64,000 nucleotides of DNA from Eledone cirrhosa. Its lineage: Eukaryota. Position 1 is the first letter of the stretch. Each line of letters begins with the position of its first letter. This document shows, piece by piece, positions 25,979 to 40,018 of the stretch. Below the pieces are notes generated by a model. That model was not told the origin of the DNA and ran no database searches. It saw only the letters and a list, made by a program, of their open reading frames with translations. Made by a program: the position numbers and the translations under genes. Location of the stretch: positions 63,736,001 through 63,800,000 of the forward strand of contig OZ024745.1 of assembly GCA_964016885.1 (NCBI GenBank), in the 5' to 3' direction.

Positions 25979-26749
25979 GTGTGTGTGTGTACTTACTTTC
26001 ATTTTCAGCTGATATATCACATCTAAAGATTACTTATTTTCGAAGGCATCTGGATATCTGGAGTATTACAATTACACATTGCTCTAGGGTCACTATCTTT
26101 CTACGCCCAAGGTTGTCATGCTGAGAAGACCTGAGCGTTCGTTATTTACATGCTCTTCGTTATTTACATTGTTAGCGGTTACATGTATTTTATGCTATTT
26201 CTTCTACATTAGCTGTTATGTTACCTTTTACGGTCGTATAATTATTTATGTTTTCATTTACTTATGGTTACAAAATGATATATTTTCTGCTAGGTTATAT
26301 GTTGTTGAATACGAAGGCCTATCCATATTTTTTTTTTTTTTTATTCTATGGTATTTGATATTTTCGACAATGCCTGAGTTCTGAATTGAAGATTATACCA
26401 GGTAATGTTTATCCGTCTGTCTGTGTTATGTGTAGATCCTTAATGGTTGTTTTGTTATGATTCTCTCCATTATCTTATCTTTGAAAGATTTCTTAATGTA
26501 GGAGTTATCCCAGTATTTTCTACTCTCCAATTTGTATTCTTATTCCCAGGTTCGAGTTTATGTCATAATTTAAATTTTCTTATTTAGTCGTCGGTTTGCC
26601 TCTAATTATAGATCCAAATTTTCGAGAACCTTAGGCTACAGTAATATCTCACCAGAGCATTTAATATGGCTGGCTTTAGTGTTACTGCCTCGTCACTTAT
26701 ATTATATTGTTGACCTGGGTCTTGGAATTGTTTAACACCTCAGGAATGT

Positions 26750-27010
26750 AGGTTATGTTTCTCTGTAGCTCGATCTTGCTAGTAGTGCCACGATATAAAA
26801 CTTGGCATATCGATTTAGAATATTCTTATTGTCAGGGAGTTTAGAAATCCTAATAGAAACTTCTCTCGTTATAAAGATAATAATGGTCTTAAGTTGGGTG
26901 GACATTCTATGCCCGTCGTTCAACTTCTCGTTAGGTTTGTGAAAGGTTCTATACATCCCCGAATTCAGTTGTAAAGTTACATCTAAAAGTTACATCTAAA
27001 AGTTTACAAT
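26750..27010 (-). pseudogene. Decayed Naiad-like PLE thumb fragment
   Basis: NFLDVTL then YRTFHKPNEKL...VSIRISKL...YAKFYIVAL, collinear with ORF 4005-4256. Confidence 0.7.
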
Positions 27011-27179
27011 TGTCTCGTTTCTTAAAGAATCCATGTATATTATTCCACAGTGTTGCACTGAATGAACTTAAAATACTAGGGTATTTTGATTGCCAAATGT
27101 ATTTTTATGAGTGCTCCGTGGGCTTATGCAAGAAGTATGTTTAGCTTTCCAGCATATGTAAGGTTTCCATTAATGTGGT

Positions 27180-28060
27180 ACCTTCAAGCGGTTTATCACC
27201 AAGGAATTTGCGATCAACAACAGATAATCAGTAATATTACTAAAGCTGTGTATTTAGACAGCATAATTACAACAACAAACACCCTTGATAATGAAATGTC
27301 TTTATAGAAGGCAAGTAATGCTTTTGGTAAATTAGATAGGCGTCACTGGTGTCGAAGTGAAATTTCCATTGATATAAAGTTAAATAATATCTTCATTAAA
27401 TAATATTTCCATTGATATAAATTTGTAAAATATCTTCATTAAATAATATTTCCATTGATATAAAGTTGTATAATATCTTCATTGATTTACACATGCGATG
27501 CATGCGTCACATACCACCTAAATATCAAAAAGCTTGCGAATTTTCATCAACAATGTCGTCGTCAAATATTCGGTATCCATTAGCTATTGCTTCTGAATAA
27601 TGGTGAAGTGCTGCAAAGAAGTCATTTTGAAAGTATTGAATCTCGCATACTTCAACATAAATTGCACTGGAGCATCTGTGTGGTAAGAACCCCAGGTACT
27701 CGTATTGATAGGTGGTTTTTCTACATGAAATAAATCAAAGCAAAGAGCCAAGACATAAAACAAAACTCAGCTATCAAGTCTCCATCAAATGAGCTGTGAG
27801 AATATACAAAATAAGAGACAATAACTGGGAAAACATTACTCCAGATTGGTCTAGGATGAAAGCAGTGTTTAATGAAAATCAGGAGCTTGACAAATTATGT
27901 GTAGTGCATGAAGAATTAAAAATGGGTCAACGTAAGTCTATGCGAAATATTACCTTAGCTGGGGATATGGAAGCTCAAAATAACATTGTGTGCAATGAGG
28001 GTGGCCAAGATTGCCACAGTAAAGCTGATCTTAAAAGTTATCAGAAGAGCCATGTGCAAA
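27180..28060 (+). pseudogene. Decayed RTE-like LINE 3' end
   Basis: VYLDSIITTTNTLDNE, ASNAFGKL, KLANFHQQCRRQI, EVLQRS..ESIE, and a decayed terminal zinc finger CNEGGQDCHSKADLKSYQKSH. Confidence 0.7.
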
Positions 28061-28314
28061 ATGTTGTTGATTATGATTTCTTTGGTATTTATTAATGTCT
28101 GAAGTAAAGAAGAATGTACCTCGACTTTTTTGAGATTTCACTATCACAAAACAAGCAGCGAAAGTAGGAGTAACGTTCAGTGCTGCAGCATACGCAGAAA
28201 TTAATCTAATTAATTGGAAAGACAAGTAGTCATGTACGGGCAACCATGTATGAAAAAGATTAAGAAATGGCAATTTTTAAAATCGAGATGCAGTCATCAT
28301 ATATATATACACTT

Positions 28315-28400
<86 letters not shown>

Positions 28401-28557
28401 GTGTGTGTGTTTACAAAAGAACGTACACAGAGACACTCATACACGCATGTATATATATATATATGAGGGCGTTAGCCCCCTGGTGTTCGCATAGCTACGG
28501 CTTCTTAAAATCGTATTTCTTTCGAAATACGAAATTTCTATACATATATATATATAT

Positions 28558-28893
28558 ATCATCATCATCATCATCATCTTTTTACGTCCGCTTTTCCTGC
28601 TTGCAAGGGTGGGACGGGAACTGATTCTGGCTTGATTTCTACAGCTGGATGCCTTTCCTAACACCAACCTCATTTGCAGTGAGTGCTGGGTGCTTTTTTG
28701 CCGTGGCACCTCCACGACCACTTTGCAGTGGAATGATAGGGACCCCAGTCCCTATCATCTCATTTCTACAGCTGAGTAAACTGGAGCAATGTGAAATAAA
28801 GTGTCTTGCTCAAGGAAACAACACATCACCCGGTCTGAGAATTGAACTCACAACCTTTCGATTGCAAGGCCAATGCTCTAACCACTAAGCCAT
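28558..28893 (-). mobile_element. CORE-like tRNA-derived SINE with (TGA)n tail
   Basis: Minus strand has A box TGGCTTAGTGG, B box GAGTTCAATTC and CCTTGAGCAAGACACTT resembling the CORE domain. Confidence 0.7.
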
Positions 28894-28944
28894 AATAAAG
28901 AGTCGGGACCACGACGGCTGAACTCTTCCCGTTTCAACAGCTAG

Positions 28945-31266
28945 TTGAATAGGAAATCGCCAGGCCCAGACCTCATTACAGGATACTGGTTGAAGAATTT
29001 CACTTTCTATCGGCAAGATCTCATACGGCTGTTTACAGAAACTATTAAGGGCACACAAGAACTGCCCAGATGGTTATCAACTGCCTCTACTCTCCTCATT
29101 CCCAAAAATAGCCAAACCACCCTTGCTAAAAATTACCGCCCAATTGCCTGCCAAAACATCATGTATAAATTATATACTGGGTGCCTTAACCTGTTCTTAC
29201 AGGATCACTGTGCTACCAACAACATCATAACACCTGAGAAAGCTGGTGGAAAGAGGGAGGTGTGGGGTTGCATAGATCACCTACTAACTAACAAAATGAT
29301 TCAGGAAAAAACAACAAAGAATCGCAGAAACATGACTGTCGTGTGGCTGGACTATCAAAAAGCATTTGATAGTGTACCTCATGGGTGGATTGTTAAGGCT
29401 TTACAGTTAGCTAAAGTCCCACAACCATTGGTAGCTGCTGTTGAACGCCTGACCAAGAACTGGTACACCAGTTTGATCCTTAGAGGTGAGAAGGAGCAGG
29501 TTAAGACTGATAAGATACATTACCAGAAGGGCATCTTTCAGGGTGATAGCTTGTCAGTGCTACTCTTCGTTCTCTCACTGAATCCACTATCTTACCTACT
29601 CAGGAAACAAGGTCGACAAAGAAGTGGGACCAGAAGTATCTCCCATCTTTTCTTTGTTGATGACCTGAAGTTGTATGGGCCAAATATCAATGACATCAAG
29701 AAACAATTGGACCTCATTACACAATTTTCAACCGACATCAAAATGAAATTTGGTGAGTCCAAGTGTGCATATTTGGCAGTAAAACGTGGAAGAGCTGTGC
29801 CCTCCTCTAGAAATCTAGAGATGAACGGCCTGACAATACAACCTCTGCAGTCAGGTGACAACTACAGATATCTTGGACAGGATGAGAATGTCAGATATGA
29901 TGGACCCATAAATAAGGAGAGAACCAGAACTGAATACCTCAGAAGAGTAAAGAAAATATGGTCATCAGAACTGTCAGCATACAACAAATACATTGCCCAC
30001 AATACTTATGCTGTGCCAATTCTAACGCCAACATTTGGCCTACTGAACTAGTCATTGCAAGAACTAAGTGAGATGGATGTTAGAACTCGAAAACTTCTCA
30101 GTGTTACTGGGAACTTTAACATCAATGGTGATGTGGATAGGCTATACTTCTCACGCAAGGAAGGTGGCCGGGGTCTAAAATCAATATTAACAACATATGA
30201 GACCCGGATAGTGACACTGAAGCAACACCTTCAACAGAGGAAAAAGGTTGGCAACCATCTTGCCCAGGTTTATGACCATGAAAAAAGAAATATCATTAGA
30301 ATAGCGACTGATCTGGAGGAGGGATATGGAATAAAGCCCGATATAAATCTCTCACCCAGAGAAATCGGAAGATCCTATTCAATGTTCAAACAAGAAAAAA
30401 AAATTGACCAATTTACAGAAAAGGTTGTGCATGGATACTTGAGGCGTAAAACACAGGCCATAGAGGGGATAAACCACTCAAAAAGCCTGGCATGGAGTTC
30501 CGACAAGTTTATGACATCACACCTTGAGGGATATCTCTATGCAATACAGGAACAAGAACTCCCTACCAAATATCTGCTGCACAAAAGAGGAGGGCCAGCA
30601 GCTGACAATAAATGTAGGCTATGTAAAACAAAGATCGAGGATGTAAGCCACATTGTTGCCAGCTGCGAAAGAATGTCATCTCGCTACTACCTCCCCATGA
30701 GACACGATGGGATAGCTAGAACCATCTGGAACGCACTTCGGAAAACAAAATCAACAACAAACGAGGAAGAATATATTGAGACAGATGGCACTAAGGAATA
30801 CTGGTGGAACCTGAAAATAAAAACTGCCACCAAATTAAAGCACAACCGGCCTGATATTGTAGTTTGGGACCACACATTGAAAACGTGTTCTGTTGTGGAG
30901 ATCAGCTTCCCACTTGATGTAAACGTTGTCAGAAAAATACAGGAGAAGGAGGACATCTACGGACCATTGATGAGGAGTTTACAAATCCAGTATCCAAGAT
31001 ACACCTTTAGCTTCATACCCATCATTATTGGTGCTACGGGTTATATACCAACCCGCTTGGACCAAAGTATGACTGAACTTGGATTTGCGGACAAAAAGCG
31101 CAGCTCCCTAATTCATAGTCTACAAATGGCTGCGATAGCTGGCACCTTCAAAATTTGCAAAACATTCTTGCGATTCAAGGGATGACAATTTCTTTTCTTT
31201 TACAACCTTGCCACCAGGAAGGTGGCCGGTCAAAAAATATACTCAAAATTAAGAGAAAGAGAAAAC
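28945..31266 (+). mobile_element. 5'-truncated R4/Dong-like non-LTR retrotransposon (RT, CCHC, restriction-like endonuclease) ending in (TACA)n
   Basis: KSPGPD, YRPIAC, WLDYQKAFDSVPH, GIFQGDSLS, FFVDD, CRLC..EDVSHIVASC, RHD, RPDIVV..VVEISFP; one in-frame TAG (30049-30051) joins the two ORFs. Confidence 0.93.
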
Positions 31267-31352
31267 ATACATACATACATACATACATACATACATACAT
31301 ACATACATACATGCATACATACATACATGCATGCATGCATACATACATACAT

Positions 31353-32074
31353 GGTGGCTGCCAACTCGTTTTCGAGTACGGCCAATACTTTATATCCATG
31401 TAGGAAAACCCCTACCGATGCGCTGAACGAGTGTGACTTTTTAGTCCAGCCAGCGACTTGAAAACTCTGGTACAAACACTACACTTGTGACAATTATTGA
31501 CACAGTGTTGGCCCATCGTACCATGTGACGACAAGTGCAGAGAGATCTCCAGAGATAAAGCAATGCCTGTGACGTGAAGCTTTTATAGTGAGCAAAGGCA
31601 CAGCACAAAGCCAGTCCCACTCTCTTTACCCAATATGATATTTACCAAAAAGAAGAACATACATATATATATATACATACATGCATGCATACATACATAC
31701 ATACATACATACATACATACATACATACATACATACATACAGGCATGCATGCATACATACATACATGGTGGCTGCCAACTCGTTTTCGAGTACGGCCAAT
31801 ACTTTATATCCATGTAGGAGAACCCCTACCGATGCGCTGAACGAGTGTGACTTTTTAGTCCAGCCAGCGACTTGAAAACTCTGGTACAAACACTACACTT
31901 GTGACAATCATTGACACATAGTGCTGGGCCCATGGTACCATGTGACGACAAGTGCAGAGAGATCTCCAGATATAAAGCAATGCCTGTGCCGTGAAGCTTT
32001 TATAGTGAGCAAAGGCGCTGCACAAAGCCAGTCCCACTCTCTTAACCAAGATGATATTTACCAAAAAGAAAAAC
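31353..32074 (+). mobile_element. Two tandem copies (31353-31658, 31767-32074) of a ~306-bp non-coding element embedded in (TACA)n
   Basis: Near-identical copies, each preceded by TACA repeats and ending AAAAAGAA(G/A)AAC. Confidence 0.8.
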
Positions 32075-32457
32075 AAGTCAACATCATTGGATACCATCAG
32101 AGTTGCAGGTGTTATATCAGAGTTTTCCTTCTCCTAGAATTCTGCCTTGACAAAGGCTAAGGGGTCATCTCTCCCGGTGATTTTGGATGGCCATTGACTC
32201 TTAAGAGCTCCTTTGCCCTTCGACAGGTTTTGTTTTTAGTCCTGCAGGATGTCCAAAGTTCCCCTCCTCACCAAGAAACCTTGGTGGGGTTGCCAGTTTA
32301 GTCGCCAACGACCCGACCATGAGACAGGTTGTACTGGGCTACATGTTAGCAGTAGCACCAACTGGTGACCTGACATACATACATACATACATACATACAT
32401 ACATACATACATACATACATACATACATACATACATACATACATACATACATACATA

Positions 32458-32698
32458 ATTGGAGCTACGGGTTATATACCAACCCGCTTGGACCAAAGTA
32501 TGACTGAACTTGGATTTGCGGGCAAAAAACGCAGCTCCCTAATTCATAGCCTACAAATGGCTGCGATAGCTGGCACCTTCAAAATTTGCAAAACATTCTT
32601 GCGATTCAAGGGATGACAATTTCTTTTCTTTTACAACCTTGCCACCAGGAAGGTGGCCGGTCAAAAAAATATACTCGGAATTAAGAGAAAGAGATAAC
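32458..32698 (+). mobile_element. 3'-end fragment of the 28945 R4/Dong-like element, flanked on both sides by (TACA)n
   Basis: Near-identical to 31027-31266. Confidence 0.92.
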
Positions 32699-32735
32699 AT
32701 ACATACATACATACATACATACATACATACATACA

Positions 32736-32764
<29 letters not shown>

Positions 32765-32766
<2 letters not shown>

Positions 32767-33697
32767 TGGCTCCCACTTAGAAGGATACGCTTTTGCAATC
32801 CAAGAACAGTAAATCAACACGAAATATCTGATTCACGAAAGAGATAGGAATGAAGGCAAAACACCTAGATGTGACAAGAAGTGCAGACTCTGCAGAATTA
32901 ACATCGAAGATATCACCCATTTCATAAGCAGCTGTCCAAAGATGTCATCGCGGTATCATCTACCTATTAGGCATGATGTAGTGACCAAAACACTGTACAA
33001 TGCAATCCGTAGAAAATATAGCCCCGATAATAAACACATTAAAAACTACAACAATGTGGAAGGCATACATATACATAATATGAAAGAGTACTGGTGGAAT
33101 GTTCCAGTAAAAACACCAATAAAATACATGCATAACAGACTAAATATAAGTATATGGGACAGGGAAAGGAAGGCATGCACAGTAGTAGAAGTTAGCTGCC
33201 CAGTAGATGCCAATATAATATCAAAAGTTAGCGAAAAGGAGAATATTTATGCAGAACTAATGAGAAATCTGCAGATACTCGACCATGACTATACCTTCAG
33301 ATTTATCCCTGTGATTATTGGGGCACTGGGATATGTTAGTAACTGCCTCAATACAAATCTTTAGAAGCTGGGCTTCACAGAAACAAAGAACACAACTAGT
33401 TAGGAAATTACAAATACACTTCATAATGGAACAGACAGTAAAAATATGTAAAATATTCCACACATTTTGTATCTAATAACTGCATATACAAATGTACAGA
33501 TTCAAAGCATATGCACACATACAACTTAAAACATACACATGCACACATACAATAACATCCATACCTGCACACACATGCATGCAGCCATGAATACATATCT
33601 ACCTAATTGATGTGTAAATTCCAATGAAAGAGTTTTGTATCTGTCAGAAACCGACTCTCTCTATTGGCAAAAATTTGTGAAATTATAAAACCAGAAC
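32765..33697 (+). mobile_element. 3' fragment of a second TACA-associated R4/Dong-like family
   Basis: SHLEGYAFAIQEQ, CRLC..EDITHFISSC, RHD, VVEVSCP, IPVIIGALG; begins at (TACA)n and ends CCAGAAC-ATACATA. Confidence 0.85.
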
Positions 33698-34872
33698 ATA
33701 CATAAAGAGAGCTAGCTAGAATAGATTTTTATACATATATAGACCTATCACGGACTTTCTCTCTCCATCACTCTCTATGCATATATATATAGAGAGAGAG
33801 GGGGAGAGAGAGATGTATATATTTTTAAATAGTACATATGTGTGTATGAATTCTTCTGCGTGTTTTCTAACGAAAGCAATTTTATGACACATATGAATTG
33901 GTTCATAGCATGTTTGTCACATAAAAATACGTCTCATGTTTTAATTTGGTACGTCACTTTATGAATGTCACCCAACGATTTATGATTTGGCTGTGTTAGG
34001 AGATTGTCTCTCGTTAGTTTGATGATACTTTTAGTAAACCCATTGATTACTTGTGTACAATGTGAAACTACGACTGCATATTTAATATGTTTCCTTTATA
34101 TCGACTCTGTTGGATTTAATTTCCAGATGACCTGACTGAATTTCTCGCTTTATGTGACACTCTCTCGATGTTTGACATCCATAATGATTTAGGGGCTTAC
34201 TTTATGAAACAGATATCCTCTTTCCTGATGACCTGCAAGTTTTGCTTTGCTATCTTTATTTGTATTTTATTTTTTGATTGTTTTTAATATAAAATGCCAA
34301 TTACAAAGTCAGATCATTAATATTGCCATTAGCTGTAAACTTTGAAAAAACATGAAAACAATGACAAACAGTTGAAGCAATACGTTCAGATTTGGTTTAT
34401 AATTTCATATATGTTATTAACAGAATCCTAAATAAAATGTATTACTAAATTACATTACTTGTTTAATAATATTACATGTTTGAAGTTTCAGCATATTATT
34501 TAATTTATTTTAACTACAACAATAAGTTTATCCGTATCCTATCATGTTTGCTAACAGTTTTATCAGGACAATTGTTTGTGTTAACATATTCAATGCCGAA
34601 AACACAACACTCAATTATAAATATTAATGCTGTGTATAAAAGACTAAATTAATTCAATAGTTTTAAAATAGCTGTAGGAAGGATGGAACACAACTTCTGG
34701 CACGTTTCGGTCATTTTGCAGCACTTTAGTGAATCAATGACATCACCATATTTGTCGAAGTAATACGAACATATCATAAAGTTGAAGTATGGTGTACAAT
34801 AATTAACTGCAAAGATAAAACAGTTTTATGGATTTAAAGAAATATGTCAAATCCAAAGTCATATCTATGAGT

Positions 34873-35414
34873 ACGAGTAGAGGGACGGACGCCATGTTTT
34901 CCAGCATAGAGTTACATCCCTTTACGGTCTGAGTTCAAATCCCAACGAGGTTAACTTTGCCATTCACCCTTACGGTGTCGATAGAATAAAGTAGATAGAA
35001 TAAAGTAACAGTAATGCACTGGGATAATTGCTGGCCTTGTGCCAAAAGTAGAAACAATTATTTTATAACAATTCATTCTTTTTGTTGATCTCCTTACCTT
35101 CATTCGATGGAAATTCCACCATGTTGTTTTTCCTCCTTTTATTGTCCCTAATGCTGCGCATTCTAGTGGCCAGCAACAGAAGTGTTTTATTATTTGAAAA
35201 TTGAGGACGATGGATTGGCAGTATCGGTAGAGCGACGGACAACATTCTTATGCCCTTTACGTTCTGGGTTCAAATCACGCTAGGGCTACATTTACCTTTC
35301 ATGCTTACGGAGTCTATAAAATAAAATACCAGTCACGAATTGGAGTCGATTTAATCACATTTTGACTCCTCCCAAATTGATGGCCTTGTGTCTAATTCAG
35401 AAACCATCATTATT
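34873..35414 (+). mobile_element. Two major-family SINE copies (~34873-35062, ~35205-35414)
   Basis: B boxes GAGTTCAAATCC and GGGTTCAAATC with the shared body and ATT tails. Confidence 0.8.
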
Positions 35415-35509
35415 ATCCGTTTGTGGGAGACCATTTGTTGCTGGTGGTGTAATTCTGGTACCAGATGTATACCACCAGTGAATTGAGGTGCGACCTTCAA
35501 TTGTCAACC

Positions 35510-37425
35510 ACCTTTATGAGTATCTTGGCTGTTACAAGGTGTGTTGCTTTCTGTAGGGGCCCAGCTTGAAGTTGGACCCTTTCTTTCCTAAATAGCCTTC
35601 AATTCAGGTACTCACAGTTCCAGAAGCCCTACTACAACTTGGATCATCTTCACCATCTTCATTTCCCATGCTAGTGGTGGTTCGTATTTCTCAGGCGTCT
35701 TCAATTCTTTGTCACAAACCTCATTGTCAGTGGGACACGCTGCATCCAGAATCAAACATTGTTTGTTAACTTTTTTTATCACTACAATATCTGGTTTGTG
35801 ATGTTCCATTTCATGGTCACATTCTGGCTTCTGCTCGCACACTGGCTTGCTCTTTCGAGGCCGTATTTTCCACATTACTGCCAATGAATGATTTTTTCTA
35901 TGTTATCATGGCGTCGCTTGCATTCTTTCTGTGTCAGCTTTGTTCACAGGTTGATGATATGCCACATGGTTTCATCGTTTTCTCTGTACATCCTACATTT
36001 TCTTCTTTCACCTGAATTGTCGATATCATGTTTAACATTATTTTTTCAAAAGGCGGCTTGTTTCTGTGACGCACAAATTAAGCCTTCCATTTCTGGTTTA
36101 AGGTCACTTTTCTGCATCCACAACCTCTGCTTGTCCATCCAAATCTGTGTTTGCTTCTGTGTCCCTTTAATATTGCCCATACATCCTCTTTTATTTTCAT
36201 CTGCTTTCAGTTTCAATTCGCTTATCCTTGTATTTCTTTTATTTTTTTTTTTTTTTTTTTTTTGCAATCTCCATCTTTCAACATGGTGGCCTTGATTATT
36301 CTGTCAGTGTTGACATGGAAATTCCATAAAACTGTCACCTTCTCGCCTCATGTTATTTCATCTGGGTGATGGCTGAACCATTTTCTCTCTGTTGTTATAC
36401 CATTAATCCTGCATATTACCTAATTTGATCATTAGTCTCAACATAGTCATCACAGAATCAACATTTTGGGCCAGTTCCATTTCTGATAACATTGGCTTCA
36501 AAGTTGCGCGTTGAAAGAAACTGATCTTGTGCGACCAAAATCAAGACCCTCTCTGCTTTTAACCCATAATTGCTCCGCTGCCACTGATAGGTAAAAGATA
36601 GATCTACAATAGGTTCTTTGTTACGAAGATCATACTGTCCATGCAGTTAGTTTTTCGCCCACTTAGTTCACGTTCCATTACCCTTCTTGTTTTGCCAACA
36701 TTTTGATTTTCTTTGCAGATTTAATTGCAGAATCTCCACCATTTCGAAAAAGTAATCTGAATTATTCTGCAAACTTCCTACTTTCCTTTTTGATTGAATG
36801 TAATTTCTTCTTCCTTTCATGATCTGTGGTCATTTTCAGCATCCAATGATCTGTAATTTTAATGCTTCAGTTCAATGGCTGATAGTTTGCATGACGGCTC
36901 AAGCTGAATCCTTCATGTACCTCCGTTTTTGTCTATAGAGATAGAGGCGCTCCACATCTGATTTTATCTGATTTTGGGTGATGTATTTTATTACAGGTTA
37001 GAATTCCTTGATTTTGTTGTCCATTTTCCTTATTTCATTAACGTTCTAGTTTATGATACTGAAACTGTAGGTGACAACTTGGATTGCAAACACATATATG
37101 GAAGATATTTTATTCTTTGAGTTGAGCTCAGGTTTCAAGATAACACGTACTCTCCAATAGCATTCCTTCTTGATTATCTCTTTCATGCTGGCATTGATAC
37201 CTAGATATCAGTAATTTTTTTTTTATAATTCTTTAATTAATGTATTCAGATATTTTCCATTGAGTTTGTGCATGCCATTCTGCCTTTCTTGAATGCTGCT
37301 TTAGTTCATTTTTTTCAATCCAAACTCCATCCATACATCATCGTTGAATAATTTAACTGTCTCCAACATTCCTTCGAAATCCCTGTCATTTTTGGCATGC
37401 AATTTCGAGTCATTCATATATAATC
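35510..37425 (-). pseudogene. Decayed R4/Dong-like LINE pieces
   Basis: HHKPDIVVI...ILDAACP, DLKPEMEGLICASQ, YMNDSKLHAKND. Confidence 0.75.
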
Positions 37426-37440
37426 TTTATTATTATTATT

Positions 37441-37745
37441 TTCTTGGAGTCTCAGTCATTGATGCTATTTAACTAGAAAGTTTGTTCAAATGAACAACAA
37501 GCTGCTACTTGCAGCCTCAGATATTCAGAACGTATCGGAGCGTTCTTGCTGTTCCCAGCAAGCATTCCTTTTGAAGTGTTCCAAAAAAGGGGGCTGGACT
37601 AATGTTCTTTAACAATCCTTGAAAACTCTTCGAGATAGTACCTAGTCCTCCCATGACAATCGAGACGACCTTGATCTCATGGCAGTCCGAAATCCTTTTT
37701 AATTCCTACTTTCTACTTCTTCACATTTATTGCACTCTTTTGTCA

Positions 37746-37782
<37 letters not shown>

Positions 37783-39985
37783 GTTCTTTGTGTCTCAGTC
37801 ATTGATGTTATTTAACTGGAAAGTTTGTTGAAATGAATATCAAGCCACTACCTGCAGCCTCAGATATTCAGGACGTATCGGAGGGTTCTTGCGGTTCCCA
37901 GTAAGCATGCCTTTTGAAGTGTTCCAAAAAGCGGGGCGGGGCCAATTTTCTTTAACCATCCCTGGAAACTTTTTGAGATAGTACCTAGTGCGCCTATGAC
38001 AATCGGGACCACTTTAACTTCATGGCAGTTCCAAATCCTTTTTACCTCCCACTTTAAGTCCTGGTATCGGTTAATTTTCTCCCTCTCCTTCTCTTGCACT
38101 CTCGTGTCAAATGGGCAGGCCACATCCACAATCAGGTACGATCTTTTTTCCTTGTCCAAAACCACCAGGTCAGGTCTATTGTGTTTCAGTTTCTTGTCCG
38201 TCTGTATCCTAAAATCGCACAGCACCTTCACCTGATCGTTTTCTATCACCGACTCTGGCTTATGCTCATATCACTTCTCAGAATGTGGTAAATTGTTTAC
38301 TTTGCATAGGTGCCAGTGGATCACCCTGCCCATCACATCATGTCTCCCGCCTTTATAGTGAGTCTGGGCTAGGTGTTTACACTCGGATACAATGTGAGCC
38401 ACAGTCTCCTCTCTCTCTCCACAGATCACAGTGGTCTAGCCTCCTCCTTGTAAATATGGTGTTTCAGCCACTTCGTTTTGAGGGCCTGCTCTTGCGCAGC
38501 CATTAGCATTCCTTCTGTAGCCTTTTTAAGGTCTCCTCATTTCAACCAGTTCCATGTCTGTGGATCTCTGAATTCAGTTTTCTCAAAGAAGGTACTATGA
38601 AGGGATTTTTCATGAAGGCTGCTCTTTCTCCTTGTTGTTATTTCCTCCTTGGACATCCCTGGTCTATTGTCCTCTCCTTCAGTACAATTCTGAGCATTGG
38701 CTCCTTACTATCAGTCACGTATTTGTATAGGTTGTTTTTCTCCATCTGAACACAGTCCTCTATGCTGATAAGACCTCTTCCACCTTCAGATCTCTTTAAT
38801 TAGAGTCTATCGACATCACACCTCTTGTGGAACATGTTGTAGATAGTCAATAGCTTCCTAGTCTTCCTGTCCATTTCTTTTTGTTCAGCAACATTCCATC
38901 TCAGAATTCTCGCACTGTACCTAATAATAGACACAGCTCGGCAATTTACTGCACTTATCGCATTCCTACCGTTCAGATGTGATTTAATACGCTCCTTACT
39001 CTCCGAATGTATTCAGATCTTAACAATTCCTTCATTTTTTTGTTCTTGATGTCATCAGCCTCCAGAACACCCAAATACTTGTATCCTTCTTCAGTGTCAA
39101 TTTCCTTTATCATCTCACCTGTTGGTACCCGGATTCCGTTGCTTCTGCTCAATTTACCCCTCTTCATCACAAGGACTCCACACTTACTAATACCAAATTA
39201 CATAAATATATCATTGCTGAAAATACGGACAGTGTCAACAAGCACATCCAACACCTTCTCCCTCTTCCCGAAGAGCTTAAGATCGTCCATGAAGAGGAGG
39301 TCGTTGATGGTAAGCTCTCCCTTTCCCAACTTGTATCCTGCTCTCACTTTTCGCAGTAAAATGGTCAGGGGCATCAGGACAAGAACAAACAACAGAGGGG
39401 ACAGACTATCTCCCTGGACGATACCTCTCTTGATCTTCACGTCTCCCAAGGATTCTCCAGCTGAGGTTAACTCTGTTTTCCAGGACTTCATACTTTTGCT
39501 CAAAAACTGTCTGATGTTATCTGCCACCTTGAAGATCTCTAGGCTTTTGGTGATCCAAGAATGAGGCAACAGGTCAAATGCCTGTTTGTAGTCTATCCAT
39601 CCCATGGCAAGACCAGTGTGTCTCCTCTTGCAATTCCTCATTACCATCTTATCAATAAGTAGCTGGTCCTTTTTACCACGGGACTTCTTTCGGCATCCTT
39701 TCTGTTCGTCCAGTAACAAGTTGTTTGTGTGGAGGTGATGGTAGATTTCCTCAGACACAATGCTTGTTAACAGTTTCCACATTACGGACAGACATGTGAT
39801 AGGTCTATAGTTGGTAACATCAGTACCCTTGATTCGGTCTTTCATTACCAGAACTGTGGTACCTTTTGTCAACCACTCTGGTACCTCATCTGACATCAAG
39901 CAGTCATTGAACATGGTTGTCATTTTCGGGTGGAGGGATGTTATATTTTTAATCCAATACCCCTGCACACCATCTGGGCCTGATA

Positions 39986-40018
<33 letters not shown>

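Noticed and set aside
30049-30051. Programmed read-through between the two R4-like ORFs
   Set aside because: TAG falls where Trp (TGG) is expected, so a point mutation is simpler.
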